From Candidatus Thorarchaeota archaeon (GTDB taxonomy: Archaea; Asgardarchaeota; Thorarchaeia; Thorarchaeales; Thorarchaeaceae): a stretch of DNA of 64,000 nt. This document shows, piece after piece, positions 17,817 to 26,969 of the stretch (position 1 is its first letter; each line of letters begins with the position of its first letter). The notes below the pieces were generated by a model that was not told the DNA's origin, made no database searches, and worked only from the letters and a program-made list of their open reading frames with translations. The position numbers and the translations under genes are program-made. The DNA lies in assembly GCA_029855935.1 (NCBI GenBank), contig JAGSHN010000017.1, forward strand, positions 8,812 to 72,811, in the 5' to 3' direction.

Positions 17817-19016
17817 TCAGAGAAGAAACATCAAAGCGCGGAGAAGAGTGCGGGAGGCAATGTCGACCGGTAGCGGGAGCCGGCAACGTATAAGTTGTTC
17901 CAGCAGCCTGGTCCCAGCCAGACGCATGGTGACCTCCGTGACCGCATCCGTCGTCATCGCCTTGTCGGCAATGTGTCTGATGGACAGGGCTGTGTAGAGC
18001 TCACGGCCGAACTCCTGTTTCCACCCCTTCTCGTAGGCGCTCAGTGGGGTCCCGAACTCAAGATGGTTGACGATACTCTCGGCGGCTATCTCACCGCCAA
18101 TCAGCGCTGTGGGGATGCCACCGCCATTGGAGGCCATCACGTGACCTGCGGCGTCGCCGACAAGCAGTACACCTTCGTCCGAGTATGTTCGCTCGACGGG
18201 TCCATCAACAGGGATGAGTGCACCAATCTGTCGGACTACACGACCGCCCCTCAGACGTCGGGCCACAAAGGTATGGCTCAGGATGAACCGGTGCAGGTAG
18301 CGACGGGGTGGAACGCCCGGAGCGGCAAAGGCGGGGCGCAGCCCAAGTCCCACATTGGCCTCAGAGGGGCCCCTCGGAATCACCCAAGCGTACCCGCCTG
18401 GGGCCACAGAAGAGCCAAAGAACATTTCGACGACAGAGACGTCTGTGTCGACATCCGCAAGAGTCACCGAGGCGGATTGGCTCAGTTGGCTTGAGGGGTC
18501 TTTGTACTCCACCCCGATTGAGCGTGCCACCACTGAGACCGGTCCATCAGCGCCCACGACTACGCGTCCTCTTATCTCGCTGATACCGTCGGGTGTACGC
18601 ACCAGGACAGTATTGTCCCTGTTCCTCCTGACAACCGTGTTGCACAGTCTCAGCTCGGCACCAGCATCCTCAGCAACCGTGACGAGAAATGGGTCGAACC
18701 TCGCGCGGTCGATGATATTGGCGGAGAACCGGAACTCGTAGCGTCGGCCTCGAGGCGAGATGAGTCGGATCGTGCGCGTCCTGTCGAGAATAAGGTGGCG
18801 TGGGACATCCGTCAGTCTGACGCCTCTTGGCGAGCGGGGGAACAGGTCCCCCATCTCAGATGGAGTGGGTAGCAGCTCGCCACAAAGGACAGGCTCGCCG
18901 AGGGCTCTCCTTCGCTCAAGAAGGATCGTAGAGAGACCACGTCCTGCTGTACCAGCAGCCACAGTGGCGCCTGCTGGCCCTGCTCCAACAACAACGACAT
19001 CAAACGTCTCAGTCAC
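17817..19016 (-). CDS. Geranylgeranyl reductase family FAD-dependent oxidoreductase
   Basis: N-terminal DVVVVGAGPAGATVA Rossmann motif, VLLVGDAAGHVMASNGGGI, and about 400 aa, typical of archaeal GGR. Confidence 0.85.
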   Translation of the reverse strand: MTETFDVVVVGAGPAGATVAAGTAGRGLSTILLERRRALGEPVLCGELLPTPSEMGDLFPRSPRGVRLTDVPRHLILDRTRTIRLISPRGRRYEFRFSANIIDRARFDPFLVTVAEDAGAELRLCNTVVRRNRDNTVLVRTPDGISEIRGRVVVGADGPVSVVARSIGVEYKDPSSQLSQSASVTLADVDTDVSVVEMFFGSSVAPGGYAWVIPRGPSEANVGLGLRPAFAAPGVPPRRYLHRFILSHTFVARRLRGGRVVRQIGALIPVDGPVERTYSDEGVLLVGDAAGHVMASNGGGIPTALIGGEIAAESIVNHLEFGTPLSAYEKGWKQEFGRELYTALSIRHIADKAMTTDAVTEVTMRLAGTRLLEQLIRCRLPLPVDIASRTLLRALMFLL

Positions 19017-19117
19017 CCGGCATGCCTCCGGTCCCTGTGCGAGTCGTCAAAGAGCAGGTCAATATTAGTTATGCTGATTGGGATACGGCCGCCCAACCGT
19101 CGGCGAAGCTCGCCAAC

Positions 19118-21235
19118 ATGAGCACGCAAAGACTAAATGTTCCGACAGGGCACTCCGCTCGGGTCTTCCCTGTGGGGCTGCGGTCGGAGGCAATACTTTT
19201 CGCGCTCCTTGCACTGATTCTCTCATTGGCGGCCGCCAGTCCAATCGTTACGGATGATGCGGTACAGCCGACAACGCCACAGACAGCGGTCATCGGGGCA
19301 CAGTCGACACACAGTCCGATAGTGATCTCTTCGGACGAGGACTTCAAGACACAGGGCTGGCCAGGGAACGGCACACGAATGAATCCCTATGTCATTGGCA
19401 ATCTCACAATCTCCTCGAACGATGTCGCACTGTCTGTGAGCGGTACGAGCGTCCATTTCATCATCGCGAACTGCATGTTCCTCAACGACGTAGACCCCTC
19501 GCTCAGTGGAACGGGAGTCCGCATTGAAAAGGCATCATTCGGCACCATAAGGAACTGTACCTTCGTTGGGTTCGCCACGGCCGTGATGCTCTCCGAGGCT
19601 CGCAGCATTCTCGTTGAGATGGTGGAGGTCACGGGGTGCCTGCTCGCCACGGACATCAGCTTCAGCAGTGACGCCATTGTCAGCGCTTGCGAGTTCGCCT
19701 CAGTCAAGATGGGCGTGTACGTGCTGGCATCAGTGAACGTCACGGTCGATGGATGCAGGGGGGATGCCCCGGCCTCGTTCATCACATCCTTCTTGTCCGA
19801 CGACTGTAGCGTCACGAGAAATGTCGTGACCGACCCTAGGGGCGGTATGATTGCGGTCTTCAGCGGCACAGACTGGTTCATCTCGGACAATGTCCTCGGG
19901 AGAGGAGGACTGTATTTCGCCGGGGGCTCGGACGGCTGGCTGCACACAGTGGTCAACAACACTGTCCTGGGCCGACCAATATTGTTCCTGACTGACGTGT
20001 CTGACACCAGCGTGCCGACAGGAGAGTACGGTCAGGTCATAATGCACAACTCGACGGATGTGAGCCTGATCGGTCTGTCGTTTCAGGACATCAGTGTTCC
20101 CGTTGAGATAGGGTTCTGCCACGGTGTGACCATAGACAGAATCAAGATGGACCGCTGTGGCAAGGGACTGTATGTCGAGATGACAACGAACATCTCGGTC
20201 GTGGACTCTACGTTCGGCGACTGCCTCTTTGCTCTTGATGTTCAGAGCACGATAGGGCTCACGGTAAGCGATACTGTCTTCGCGAGGAATGTGAGAAGCA
20301 TCTTTCTCTCCGTAGTTGACGATGTAGACATAGAGAACTGCGAGTTCGTTGGTAAGTACGATGCCGCAGACGCACTTCAAGACTCTGCCTCGCAGGGCCG
20401 CCCGTTCGCCCTCTCAGCGGTCCAAAGTACTCCTGCGATCGACACTCCACACTTGTACCCCGTCCTGCAGAGCTTCCTGACCAACGCCTCAATAGGCGCA
20501 AACCACTGTTCCGGCCTCTCACTGAGGTACAACAGGATCGTCAACGCGTCGGCAGGAGTCTTGGGTGTAGCTCTGACGAACTTTGAGGTGCGGAACAACA
20601 CAATAGTCGGATGCGGTGGCGATGGGGTCCTCCTGAACTACTCGAGCCAGGGCGTCATCGTCTACAACACAATCACTGACAACCAGGGATATGGTGTCGT
20701 GCTGGACTTCAATAGCGACGGCATCAGAACGTGGGGTAACGTGTTTGCCAGGAACATGAGGGGAAACGCTCGAGATGACCACCAGTACAACTCCTGGGAT
20801 GACGGGGACAAGATGGGAAACTACTGGGACGACTATGATGGTAAGGGACCCTATCTTGTCGACGGTCTCGCAGGAAACATAGACCAGTATCCCAGAGCTC
20901 TTGACAGTGACGGCGACGGGTTGAGCGACTACGAGGAGAACCACGTGTATGGCACAGACAGCCTCAATCCAGACACAGACGGCGGGGGCGAAGACGACCT
21001 CTCTGAGATAGAGGCCGGAAGAGATCCGTTGGATCCCTCAGACGACTTCCAGTCGTTCTCAATCGAGATTCCTCTGCTACCGCTAGTCGCTGTCGTGTGT
21101 GCCGTGGTGGTCTTGGGGATTGTTGGAGAGTGCATCGCGCTGAGAAGAGCCGCCAATTCGGCTGAGCGCATCAGCCCGTCAGAGCCAGTCCAGAGTGGGC
21201 GTATGAGCAGCGCCTCGGGGAAACAAAAATCCTAA
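19118..21235 (+). CDS. Secreted right-handed parallel beta-helix (NosD/pectin-lyase-fold) surface protein with TSP3-like Ca-binding repeats and C-terminal TM anchor
   Basis: The ATG at 19118 gives a signal-like N-terminus, ILFALLALILSLAAASP. HSPIVISSDEDFKTQGWPGNGTRMNPYVIGNLTIS is typical of archaeal beta-helix proteins. DSDGDGLSDYEENHVYGTDSLNPDTDGGGEDDLSEIEAGRDPLDPSDD lies at 20903-21047, followed by a TM helix. Confidence 0.75.
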   Translation: MSTQRLNVPTGHSARVFPVGLRSEAILFALLALILSLAAASPIVTDDAVQPTTPQTAVIGAQSTHSPIVISSDEDFKTQGWPGNGTRMNPYVIGNLTISSNDVALSVSGTSVHFIIANCMFLNDVDPSLSGTGVRIEKASFGTIRNCTFVGFATAVMLSEARSILVEMVEVTGCLLATDISFSSDAIVSACEFASVKMGVYVLASVNVTVDGCRGDAPASFITSFLSDDCSVTRNVVTDPRGGMIAVFSGTDWFISDNVLGRGGLYFAGGSDGWLHTVVNNTVLGRPILFLTDVSDTSVPTGEYGQVIMHNSTDVSLIGLSFQDISVPVEIGFCHGVTIDRIKMDRCGKGLYVEMTTNISVVDSTFGDCLFALDVQSTIGLTVSDTVFARNVRSIFLSVVDDVDIENCEFVGKYDAADALQDSASQGRPFALSAVQSTPAIDTPHLYPVLQSFLTNASIGANHCSGLSLRYNRIVNASAGVLGVALTNFEVRNNTIVGCGGDGVLLNYSSQGVIVYNTITDNQGYGVVLDFNSDGIRTWGNVFARNMRGNARDDHQYNSWDDGDKMGNYWDDYDGKGPYLVDGLAGNIDQYPRALDSDGDGLSDYEENHVYGTDSLNPDTDGGGEDDLSEIEAGRDPLDPSDDFQSFSIEIPLLPLVAVVCAVVVLGIVGECIALRRAANSAERISPSEPVQSGRMSSASGKQKS

Positions 21236-21270
21236 AAGGTCAAGGCCGAAGGTGCGCGGGGGTTTTCTCA

Positions 21271-23247
21271 GTGAGCGGGTGGCGGTTGAAACTCGTTCTC
21301 ATAATGCTTCTTACCCTGAGCCTCTCACTGGCGACCGCCATTTCTCAGGACGGCGTCACCACCGTAGAGAGGACGAGCTACAGACCAAGCGATGCGATGG
21401 AGACTGCACAATCGACGCACGCCCCGATACTGATAACGTCTAACGAAGACTTTGAGGCGCAGGGCTGGCCGGGCAACGGGACGGCAAGCAACCCCTATGT
21501 GATCAGTGGCCTCCACATCGGGACGAGTGAGGTTGCAATCAACATCACCAACACTGATGCCCATTTTGTCATCGAGGACTGTGTCCTCGTCAATCAGGTC
21601 GACAGAACGGACTTGGTCACGGGGATAGGCCTTACGAACATCACCTCGGGCACTATCCGTAACTGCACAACGATAGGATTCACGTGGTCGATTCTGGCCA
21701 CAGAGGTGACCGACCTCCTCTGCGGGAACATCGATGCGAGGGACTGCATGCTCCCAGTGGCAATCACATCTGGCAATGACATAGTAGTGAGGGAGAGCGA
21801 ATTCACTTCCTGCGACATGGGCGTGTACCTCCTCCAGTCAACCAATGTCACAGTCGAGGAATGCCGAGGTGATGCTCAGTACTTCTTCTTTGGGTCGAGC
21901 CTCTGCAAGGACTGTAACGTCTCAAGAAACGTGGCAACCATTTCTGACAGTGGCCCTATGTTCGACTGTGGCGGCAGGAATGTCCGCTTTTCCAACAATG
22001 CATTGGGCAGGGGTGGGATCATCGTCGGCTTCCAGCAGGACAGCTGGCCGTACGAGATGGTCAACAACACCGTTCTGGGGCGCCCTATTCTCTACTTGGA
22101 TGACGCATTGCACGTCAGTGTTCCTCAGGGGGAGTATGGCCAAGTGATAGTTGCGGACTCAGAGTATGTCGAGATTACGGACCTCTCCTTCTCAGATGTG
22201 GACATACCCATCCTGATAGGGCACAGCTATGGCGTGGCTGTGAGCGGAGTCCAAGTCGGCGGGGCGGCTCGCGGCATATACGTTGAAACAACAAGAAACC
22301 TTTCAATTGTGAACTCCACGTTCGACAGGTGTTTCGTTGGGATTGATATGAGCAACCCGATGATCGCGACAGTCTCTGGGTGCGTCTTCATAGACGACTT
22401 CACGGGCATCTCAACGAGGTATGACTACCAGAACACCATAGAGCAATGCAACTTCACAGGAGGGTACCCCCTGAGTGAGGGCCCGGAGAAGTACGAGGAC
22501 ATCGTACCACCCGTCACATCGGGGCCTGCGGCCATCTGGGCCCAGCAGTCGGAACAGCTCGCGGTGAGGTACAACAGGATGAGCAATGCCTCTGCTGGGC
22601 TTGTCGGCGTGAGTCTCAGAGATTTCAACATCCAGGAAAACACAATCTTCGGGTGCAATGGCAGCGGCATTATGTTGAAGTACTCAACTCAAGGCCTCAT
22701 TAGATTCAACAACATCACTGACAACAAGGCGTACGGTGTCACCCTCGACAACTTCTGTACCTACGTCAGAATCTGGGGGAACGTCTTCGCTCGGAACACA
22801 ATGGGCAACGGGCACGATGACGGAACGTACAACTCATGGGATGATGGAAGGGAGGTAGGCAACAGCTGGGACGACTATGGTGGCGAGGGGTCCTATCGGG
22901 TCCCAGGTACGGGAGCAAGTATTGACTCATACCCGTTCCCAGTCGACAGCGATGGCGACGGGCTGATAGACTATCTCGAGAACAACGTCTACGGGACGGA
23001 CCCCCTCAATCCCGACACTGATGGCGGCGGCGAGAACGATCTGGCAGAGATTCAAGCAGGGAAGGACCCGCTGGACCCGTCGGATGACCTGTTGTCGTAC
23101 TCCGTGGAGATACCTCTGCTGGAGATGGTCGCCCTCGCGGGCATTGTGGTGACTGTGGTCGTCGCCTTCAGATGGTTCCTCGCGAGCAGAAGAGCCAGTG
23201 GCATAAGCGCCCCTGAGATTGTCGATGGGGCACTGTGGAGCGGTTGA
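21271..23247 (+). CDS. Paralogous beta-helix surface protein with TSP3-like repeats and C-terminal TM anchor
   Basis: GTG start. Signal-like LKLVLIMLLTLSLSLATA, then HAPILITSNEDFEAQGWPGNGTASNPYVISGLHIG. DSDGDGLIDYLENNVYGTDPLNPDTDGGGENDLAEIQAGKDPLDPSDD lies at 22945-23088. Colinear with the upstream gene. Confidence 0.75.
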   Translation: MSGWRLKLVLIMLLTLSLSLATAISQDGVTTVERTSYRPSDAMETAQSTHAPILITSNEDFEAQGWPGNGTASNPYVISGLHIGTSEVAINITNTDAHFVIEDCVLVNQVDRTDLVTGIGLTNITSGTIRNCTTIGFTWSILATEVTDLLCGNIDARDCMLPVAITSGNDIVVRESEFTSCDMGVYLLQSTNVTVEECRGDAQYFFFGSSLCKDCNVSRNVATISDSGPMFDCGGRNVRFSNNALGRGGIIVGFQQDSWPYEMVNNTVLGRPILYLDDALHVSVPQGEYGQVIVADSEYVEITDLSFSDVDIPILIGHSYGVAVSGVQVGGAARGIYVETTRNLSIVNSTFDRCFVGIDMSNPMIATVSGCVFIDDFTGISTRYDYQNTIEQCNFTGGYPLSEGPEKYEDIVPPVTSGPAAIWAQQSEQLAVRYNRMSNASAGLVGVSLRDFNIQENTIFGCNGSGIMLKYSTQGLIRFNNITDNKAYGVTLDNFCTYVRIWGNVFARNTMGNGHDDGTYNSWDDGREVGNSWDDYGGEGSYRVPGTGASIDSYPFPVDSDGDGLIDYLENNVYGTDPLNPDTDGGGENDLAEIQAGKDPLDPSDDLLSYSVEIPLLEMVALAGIVVTVVVAFRWFLASRRASGISAPEIVDGALWSG

Positions 23248-23307
23248 CACAGCGCCCTCGGGCACGGGGATGTCAGGCAGTGTCCCCCGTGCCACGTCTC
23301 AGGACTT

Positions 23308-23559
23308 TCACACAAGGTAGACCTTGTCGTGAGGCCTGACGCGCTCCATGACCTTGATGGCAATCTCCTGCCCGGGCTCCGCAGACTCGATGGGCTTGCG
23401 GTCGATCTGCATCGAGGCCACCTGCTGCTCAAAGTTGGTGGTGGCCCCCTCAAATCTCACTCTGTCACCCACCTTTATGGGCTCGACTAGCTTTATCGCT
23501 GCAACGCCAATCTTTCCGAAGTAGTTAGTCACTTCTCCTACAAGCTTCTTCTCCGCCAT
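23308..23559 (-). CDS. Small EF-Tu-domain-2-like beta-barrel protein (83 aa)
   Basis: An internal ATG at 23559 gives MAEKKLVGEVTNYFGKIGVAAIKLVEPIKVGDRVRFEGATTNFEQQVASMQIDRKPIESAEPGQEIAIKVMERVRPHDKVYLV. This pattern matches small 'translation elongation factor-like' barrels. The upstream part of the track ORF looks non-coding. Confidence 0.6.
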   Translation of the reverse strand: MAEKKLVGEVTNYFGKIGVAAIKLVEPIKVGDRVRFEGATTNFEQQVASMQIDRKPIESAEPGQEIAIKVMERVRPHDKVYLV

Positions 23560-23805
23560 CTGCCACACCATCCTGTCGTCTTGGTCAGGCACGGAACATG
23601 TGCAGTTCCGGGTCCTGCGTCGACGATGGTCACAGTAGAGAGTCACAACGGGGATATAAAACAATGCGCCCCCTTGCACAATGTCACCACAACCCATATC
23701 AATCTTCGACATCAATAGGCGTCGTTGACCTCTCGATGTGACTGCCTGGCATCTTGTCCTGAGGCAGAAAGGGTGGTTGGATTGTCTGTGTCCCAAAAGG
23801 CTCTG

Positions 23806-24726
23806 ATGAAGTTCTCACAGGAGATTGAGAAGGCCGAGAACGCAGCAAGAATTCGTCTGTTCTCAAAGGCATCCAAACAGTATGAGAAGCTGGCGGAGAA
23901 GGCCAGAGAGCTGCAACCGGAGATTGCCATCGAACTCCAGTTCTACTCGATTCTCTACAGGCTTCTCGACGAGATTGAGGATGGCAAGGACCCGATGAAG
24001 ACCGGGACCGTGAGCGCTCTTCTCAGGCTCACACCGCAGATAGGCGACAGGAGGCTGGTCATGGCCCTTCCGGGCGGCAGATTTGGTGAGTTCTCCACAT
24101 TCAGGATACTCAGAGAGCTCAAGGCCATCGAGACCATGGCGATTGGGCTGTCGAGGAATGACCACAATATGCTCAGGCAGGCTGTGGACCTGTTTATGAA
24201 CATCGGAGACGAGATGCTCATCTTCTCAATGTATCTCTCGCCGCTGAAGCGGAGAATCACGGGTCGCAGAGCGGCACTAGAGTGTGAGGGCTACGCGCAA
24301 GTCATAGAGGGAGCTAGGTTTGTCGACGAGGATCCCTCTGCCGCAGCCGAGTACTATATGATGGCAGTGAGAGCGTTCCGCTCAGCCCGCCTCCATGACA
24401 AAGAGGCAATCTACCAGAACACGCTCATCGGTCTGAGAGTGGAGCTCACATGCTGGATCTGCGGCCGCCGCGTGAAGGGAGCCTCTCACCTTGTGTGGAT
24501 GCCGGCACAGGTGAGCAACTACTTTGTGAAGCTGCTGGAGGAGAACAAGGAGGATGTCAGGAGTGTCAAGCCGAACAGGCTCGTGGTGTGCAAACCGTGC
24601 TACACTGCCATATCCAACGAGGCCCTCGCTCAGGCGAGAAAGGAGGCCGCGAGGGTGATGGCAAGAGTGCAGGAGCTAGAACGTCGCCTGAGACGCTTGG
24701 AGTCCACCGTGCACACAATGGGGTGA
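23806..24726 (+). CDS. Hypothetical helical protein with C-terminal zinc-ribbon and coiled coil
   Basis: CWICGRRV...VVCKPCYTAIS (CxxC...CxxC) followed by the coiled coil ARVQELERRLRRLESTV. Start is at the ATG at 23806 or at 23725. Confidence 0.55.
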   Translation: MKFSQEIEKAENAARIRLFSKASKQYEKLAEKARELQPEIAIELQFYSILYRLLDEIEDGKDPMKTGTVSALLRLTPQIGDRRLVMALPGGRFGEFSTFRILRELKAIETMAIGLSRNDHNMLRQAVDLFMNIGDEMLIFSMYLSPLKRRITGRRAALECEGYAQVIEGARFVDEDPSAAAEYYMMAVRAFRSARLHDKEAIYQNTLIGLRVELTCWICGRRVKGASHLVWMPAQVSNYFVKLLEENKEDVRSVKPNRLVVCKPCYTAISNEALAQARKEAARVMARVQELERRLRRLESTVHTMG

Positions 24727-24735
24727 GAGTGAGAG

Positions 24736-26415
24736 ATGGCCGAGGCATACGCATGTGCGGTCTGTGGAGGACCGCTTGAGGTGAAGGCTAGTGATGATGT
24801 CGTCGAGTGTCCCTACTGTGGGTACGTCAACAACGTCTCAAGTCTGAACCAAGACCTGGAGGAGTTCAAGAGAGAGGTACGCTCCTGGCTTATGGAGATC
24901 GGCGTCGCAGGACAGTCAGGCGCTGATCTTGGGATGAGAAGGCTCTACTTCAAGAGAGAGCTCTACCCCGAACTTCTCACTCAGTTCGCCAACATCGTTG
25001 GCAACACCGATGACCTGATGGACTATCCGTTGGTGTATCTCAGCATCTATGCCAAGTTCCCCGACCTGGCGATAAGAAAGAGATGGTCCACCGAGCAGGG
25101 GAAGCCAATCAAGGACTTTGCACGGAAGCTGGGCTCACCTGAACTCCTCGGCTTCGTGCCAGAGCCGCAGGCCCAGATACAGATCATCCAGCTAAGGCTT
25201 CAGGCCATGATGATACCGATGTTGATGGACATTGTACGTCTCACCGAGGTTCCGACAAAACAGAGTCTTATGAGATGCGCCAACACCCTCAGGGCTCTCG
25301 CCGACGAGATAGGCTCTGCAATGTTGATCGTGTCAACCGACAGGAGCCTGAGTGAGAGGGTTGAGTACTACAACGTTATGGAGGAGCGGTTCCGTCTTGC
25401 CGCCGAGGTGTACGAGAACATTGCGAGATCCGTTGAGACAGGCGAGCCGTTCGAGGAGGACTGGGTCAAGGACACGATGACAAAGCTCAACAATCTGAAG
25501 AGCAGGCTGGCAGAGTTGAGCGAAGTATCGGTCATCGACAGGGTGCCGATGGAGGCCGGACTGGACGATGATATGGCATCACTGATGACGTGGAACGGTA
25601 TCGTTGCGACGTTCATCAAGCTTGGTGCAAAAGACCTGCCGTCATTCATCCGTGCTCTAGAGAACTTTGCGAATGCGACCTTCTTCAGACGTATCGAGCC
25701 CAGACCGGGCATTGACCAGACGTGGTACTACGACTTCATTGACAGCAAGAAATTTGCATGGTTTGTGGACTCGCTGAGGATGGCGGTCCTGGCAAGGGAG
25801 ATAAAGATCATCGACCCACGAGGAGTCGCGACCGCGGCGCCCTTTATGTATCCATTCTACCTGCTTCACGTGGATGCGATTTTGAAGACCGGTATGCTGT
25901 GGTGGAAGAAAGGGACTATGGAGAGCTTCTATGTTCTCGTGGACGCGGGCTTCACGGTCTACAGAGGCTTCCCGGCTGGAGACTACCCAGCCTGTATGAC
26001 GCCGATAGGAAAGAAGCTGATAGACAAGCCTCTTGAGAAGTCGCTCGAAGCAGTATCGAGAATAGGACCCGTTTCTGTACCTCCGAGGACAATTGTCCTG
26101 CCTCCTATGGTGAGCCCTCAGGATGCTGTCAACTTTTTCACTGCAGCATACAACTTCCGCGAGGAGGCCGAGTCCGCCAGAGTGGAACAGGGGCGTATCA
26201 TCGAGGTCCCCTCTTCTTACAAGAGAAAGGGATTCGACCCGGGAAGAATCAAGGCGGTGATGCCGGAGGTCGTCGGCCTCTACTGGGCCCCCCTGATGTT
26301 CATAAAGGGACACCCGGAGCTGGCGCTCTCGGAGCTCGGCATGGATTCCAAGCTCAAACACAGAGGCGAGCTTGCCAAGATGTTCACCGCATTTCTGTCA
26401 CAGGTGAAACAATAG
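24736..26415 (+). CDS. Hypothetical protein with N-terminal zinc-ribbon (559 aa)
   Basis: The N-terminus MAEAYACAVCGGPLEVKASDDVVECPYCGYVNNV has a CxxC...CxxC pattern. Starts 10 nt after the previous stop. I recognise no other family motif. Confidence 0.6.
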   Translation: MAEAYACAVCGGPLEVKASDDVVECPYCGYVNNVSSLNQDLEEFKREVRSWLMEIGVAGQSGADLGMRRLYFKRELYPELLTQFANIVGNTDDLMDYPLVYLSIYAKFPDLAIRKRWSTEQGKPIKDFARKLGSPELLGFVPEPQAQIQIIQLRLQAMMIPMLMDIVRLTEVPTKQSLMRCANTLRALADEIGSAMLIVSTDRSLSERVEYYNVMEERFRLAAEVYENIARSVETGEPFEEDWVKDTMTKLNNLKSRLAELSEVSVIDRVPMEAGLDDDMASLMTWNGIVATFIKLGAKDLPSFIRALENFANATFFRRIEPRPGIDQTWYYDFIDSKKFAWFVDSLRMAVLAREIKIIDPRGVATAAPFMYPFYLLHVDAILKTGMLWWKKGTMESFYVLVDAGFTVYRGFPAGDYPACMTPIGKKLIDKPLEKSLEAVSRIGPVSVPPRTIVLPPMVSPQDAVNFFTAAYNFREEAESARVEQGRIIEVPSSYKRKGFDPGRIKAVMPEVVGLYWAPLMFIKGHPELALSELGMDSKLKHRGELAKMFTAFLSQVKQ

Positions 26416-26618
26416 GCTCTGCGGCTCTGAGCCAAGTCCGAGGCGCACACAACCACAAAGGTGGTCCACACGCACGCTCTCGGCTCGGATTGTTCGCTTC
26501 CGAGTATGCAACAGAAAGAGGCTTATCTCACTGTGTCAGAAATAGGATTGGTGCCGCATGTAGGCTGCCCCTCGGCGTCACCCTCGGCACCAAGACCACA
26601 GGAACGGAGGTCTACGCA

Positions 26619-26969
26619 ATGAGAATAATGACCTTCAGCGGATCGACTGTCGCGTACATCGAGAGTGGCACAATCTTGAGTTCCTCAAGGAGCACACTTG
26701 GTAGAATCTCTGGCGGAACGGTCACTAATTCCTCAGGCAACACGCTCGGCCGCGTGAGAGACGGCTATGTGACCGATTTCTCGGGCAGCACCATTGCACG
26801 GTACACCGACTCCGGGCTGATGACATACGGTGGTTCTACTCAGTTCCGGTTCAGCGACGATAGCATAATGAGGTTCAGCGGCTCGACGCTCTACAGGACA
26901 GATGACGACATCTCCAGACACCTTGAGGCCGTGGTCGCGTGGCTGGTGTTCTTCTCAGGTGAGTGGTAG
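26619..26969 (+). CDS. Small beta-hairpin repeat protein (six repeats of about 16 aa, SGST-x-x-R-x-x-DG) with hydrophobic C-terminus
   Basis: ATG at 26619. Repeats are FSGSTVAYIESGT, SSRSTLGRISGGT, SSGNTLGRVRDGY, FSGSTIARYTDSG, YGGSTQFRFSDDS and FSGSTLYRTDDD, followed by HLEAVVAWLVFFSGEW. Confidence 0.5.
   Translation: MRIMTFSGSTVAYIESGTILSSSRSTLGRISGGTVTNSSGNTLGRVRDGYVTDFSGSTIARYTDSGLMTYGGSTQFRFSDDSIMRFSGSTLYRTDDDISRHLEAVVAWLVFFSGEW

Noticed and set aside
19022-19117. Upstream extension of the first beta-helix ORF (track start 19022), and likewise 10747-11046 for the small membrane protein
   Set aside because: The extensions lack signal-peptide or TM character and overlap promoter-like space next to the divergent or neighbouring gene. 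Internal ATGs give sensible N-termini.
25657-26361. 234-aa minus-strand ORF; similar cases at 36760-37410, 27815-28414, 19387-20380 and 17895-18494
   Set aside because: All are antisense to better-supported genes (the zinc-ribbon protein, mutL, mutS, the beta-helix protein and GGR) and have low-complexity R/S/H/P-rich sequences.
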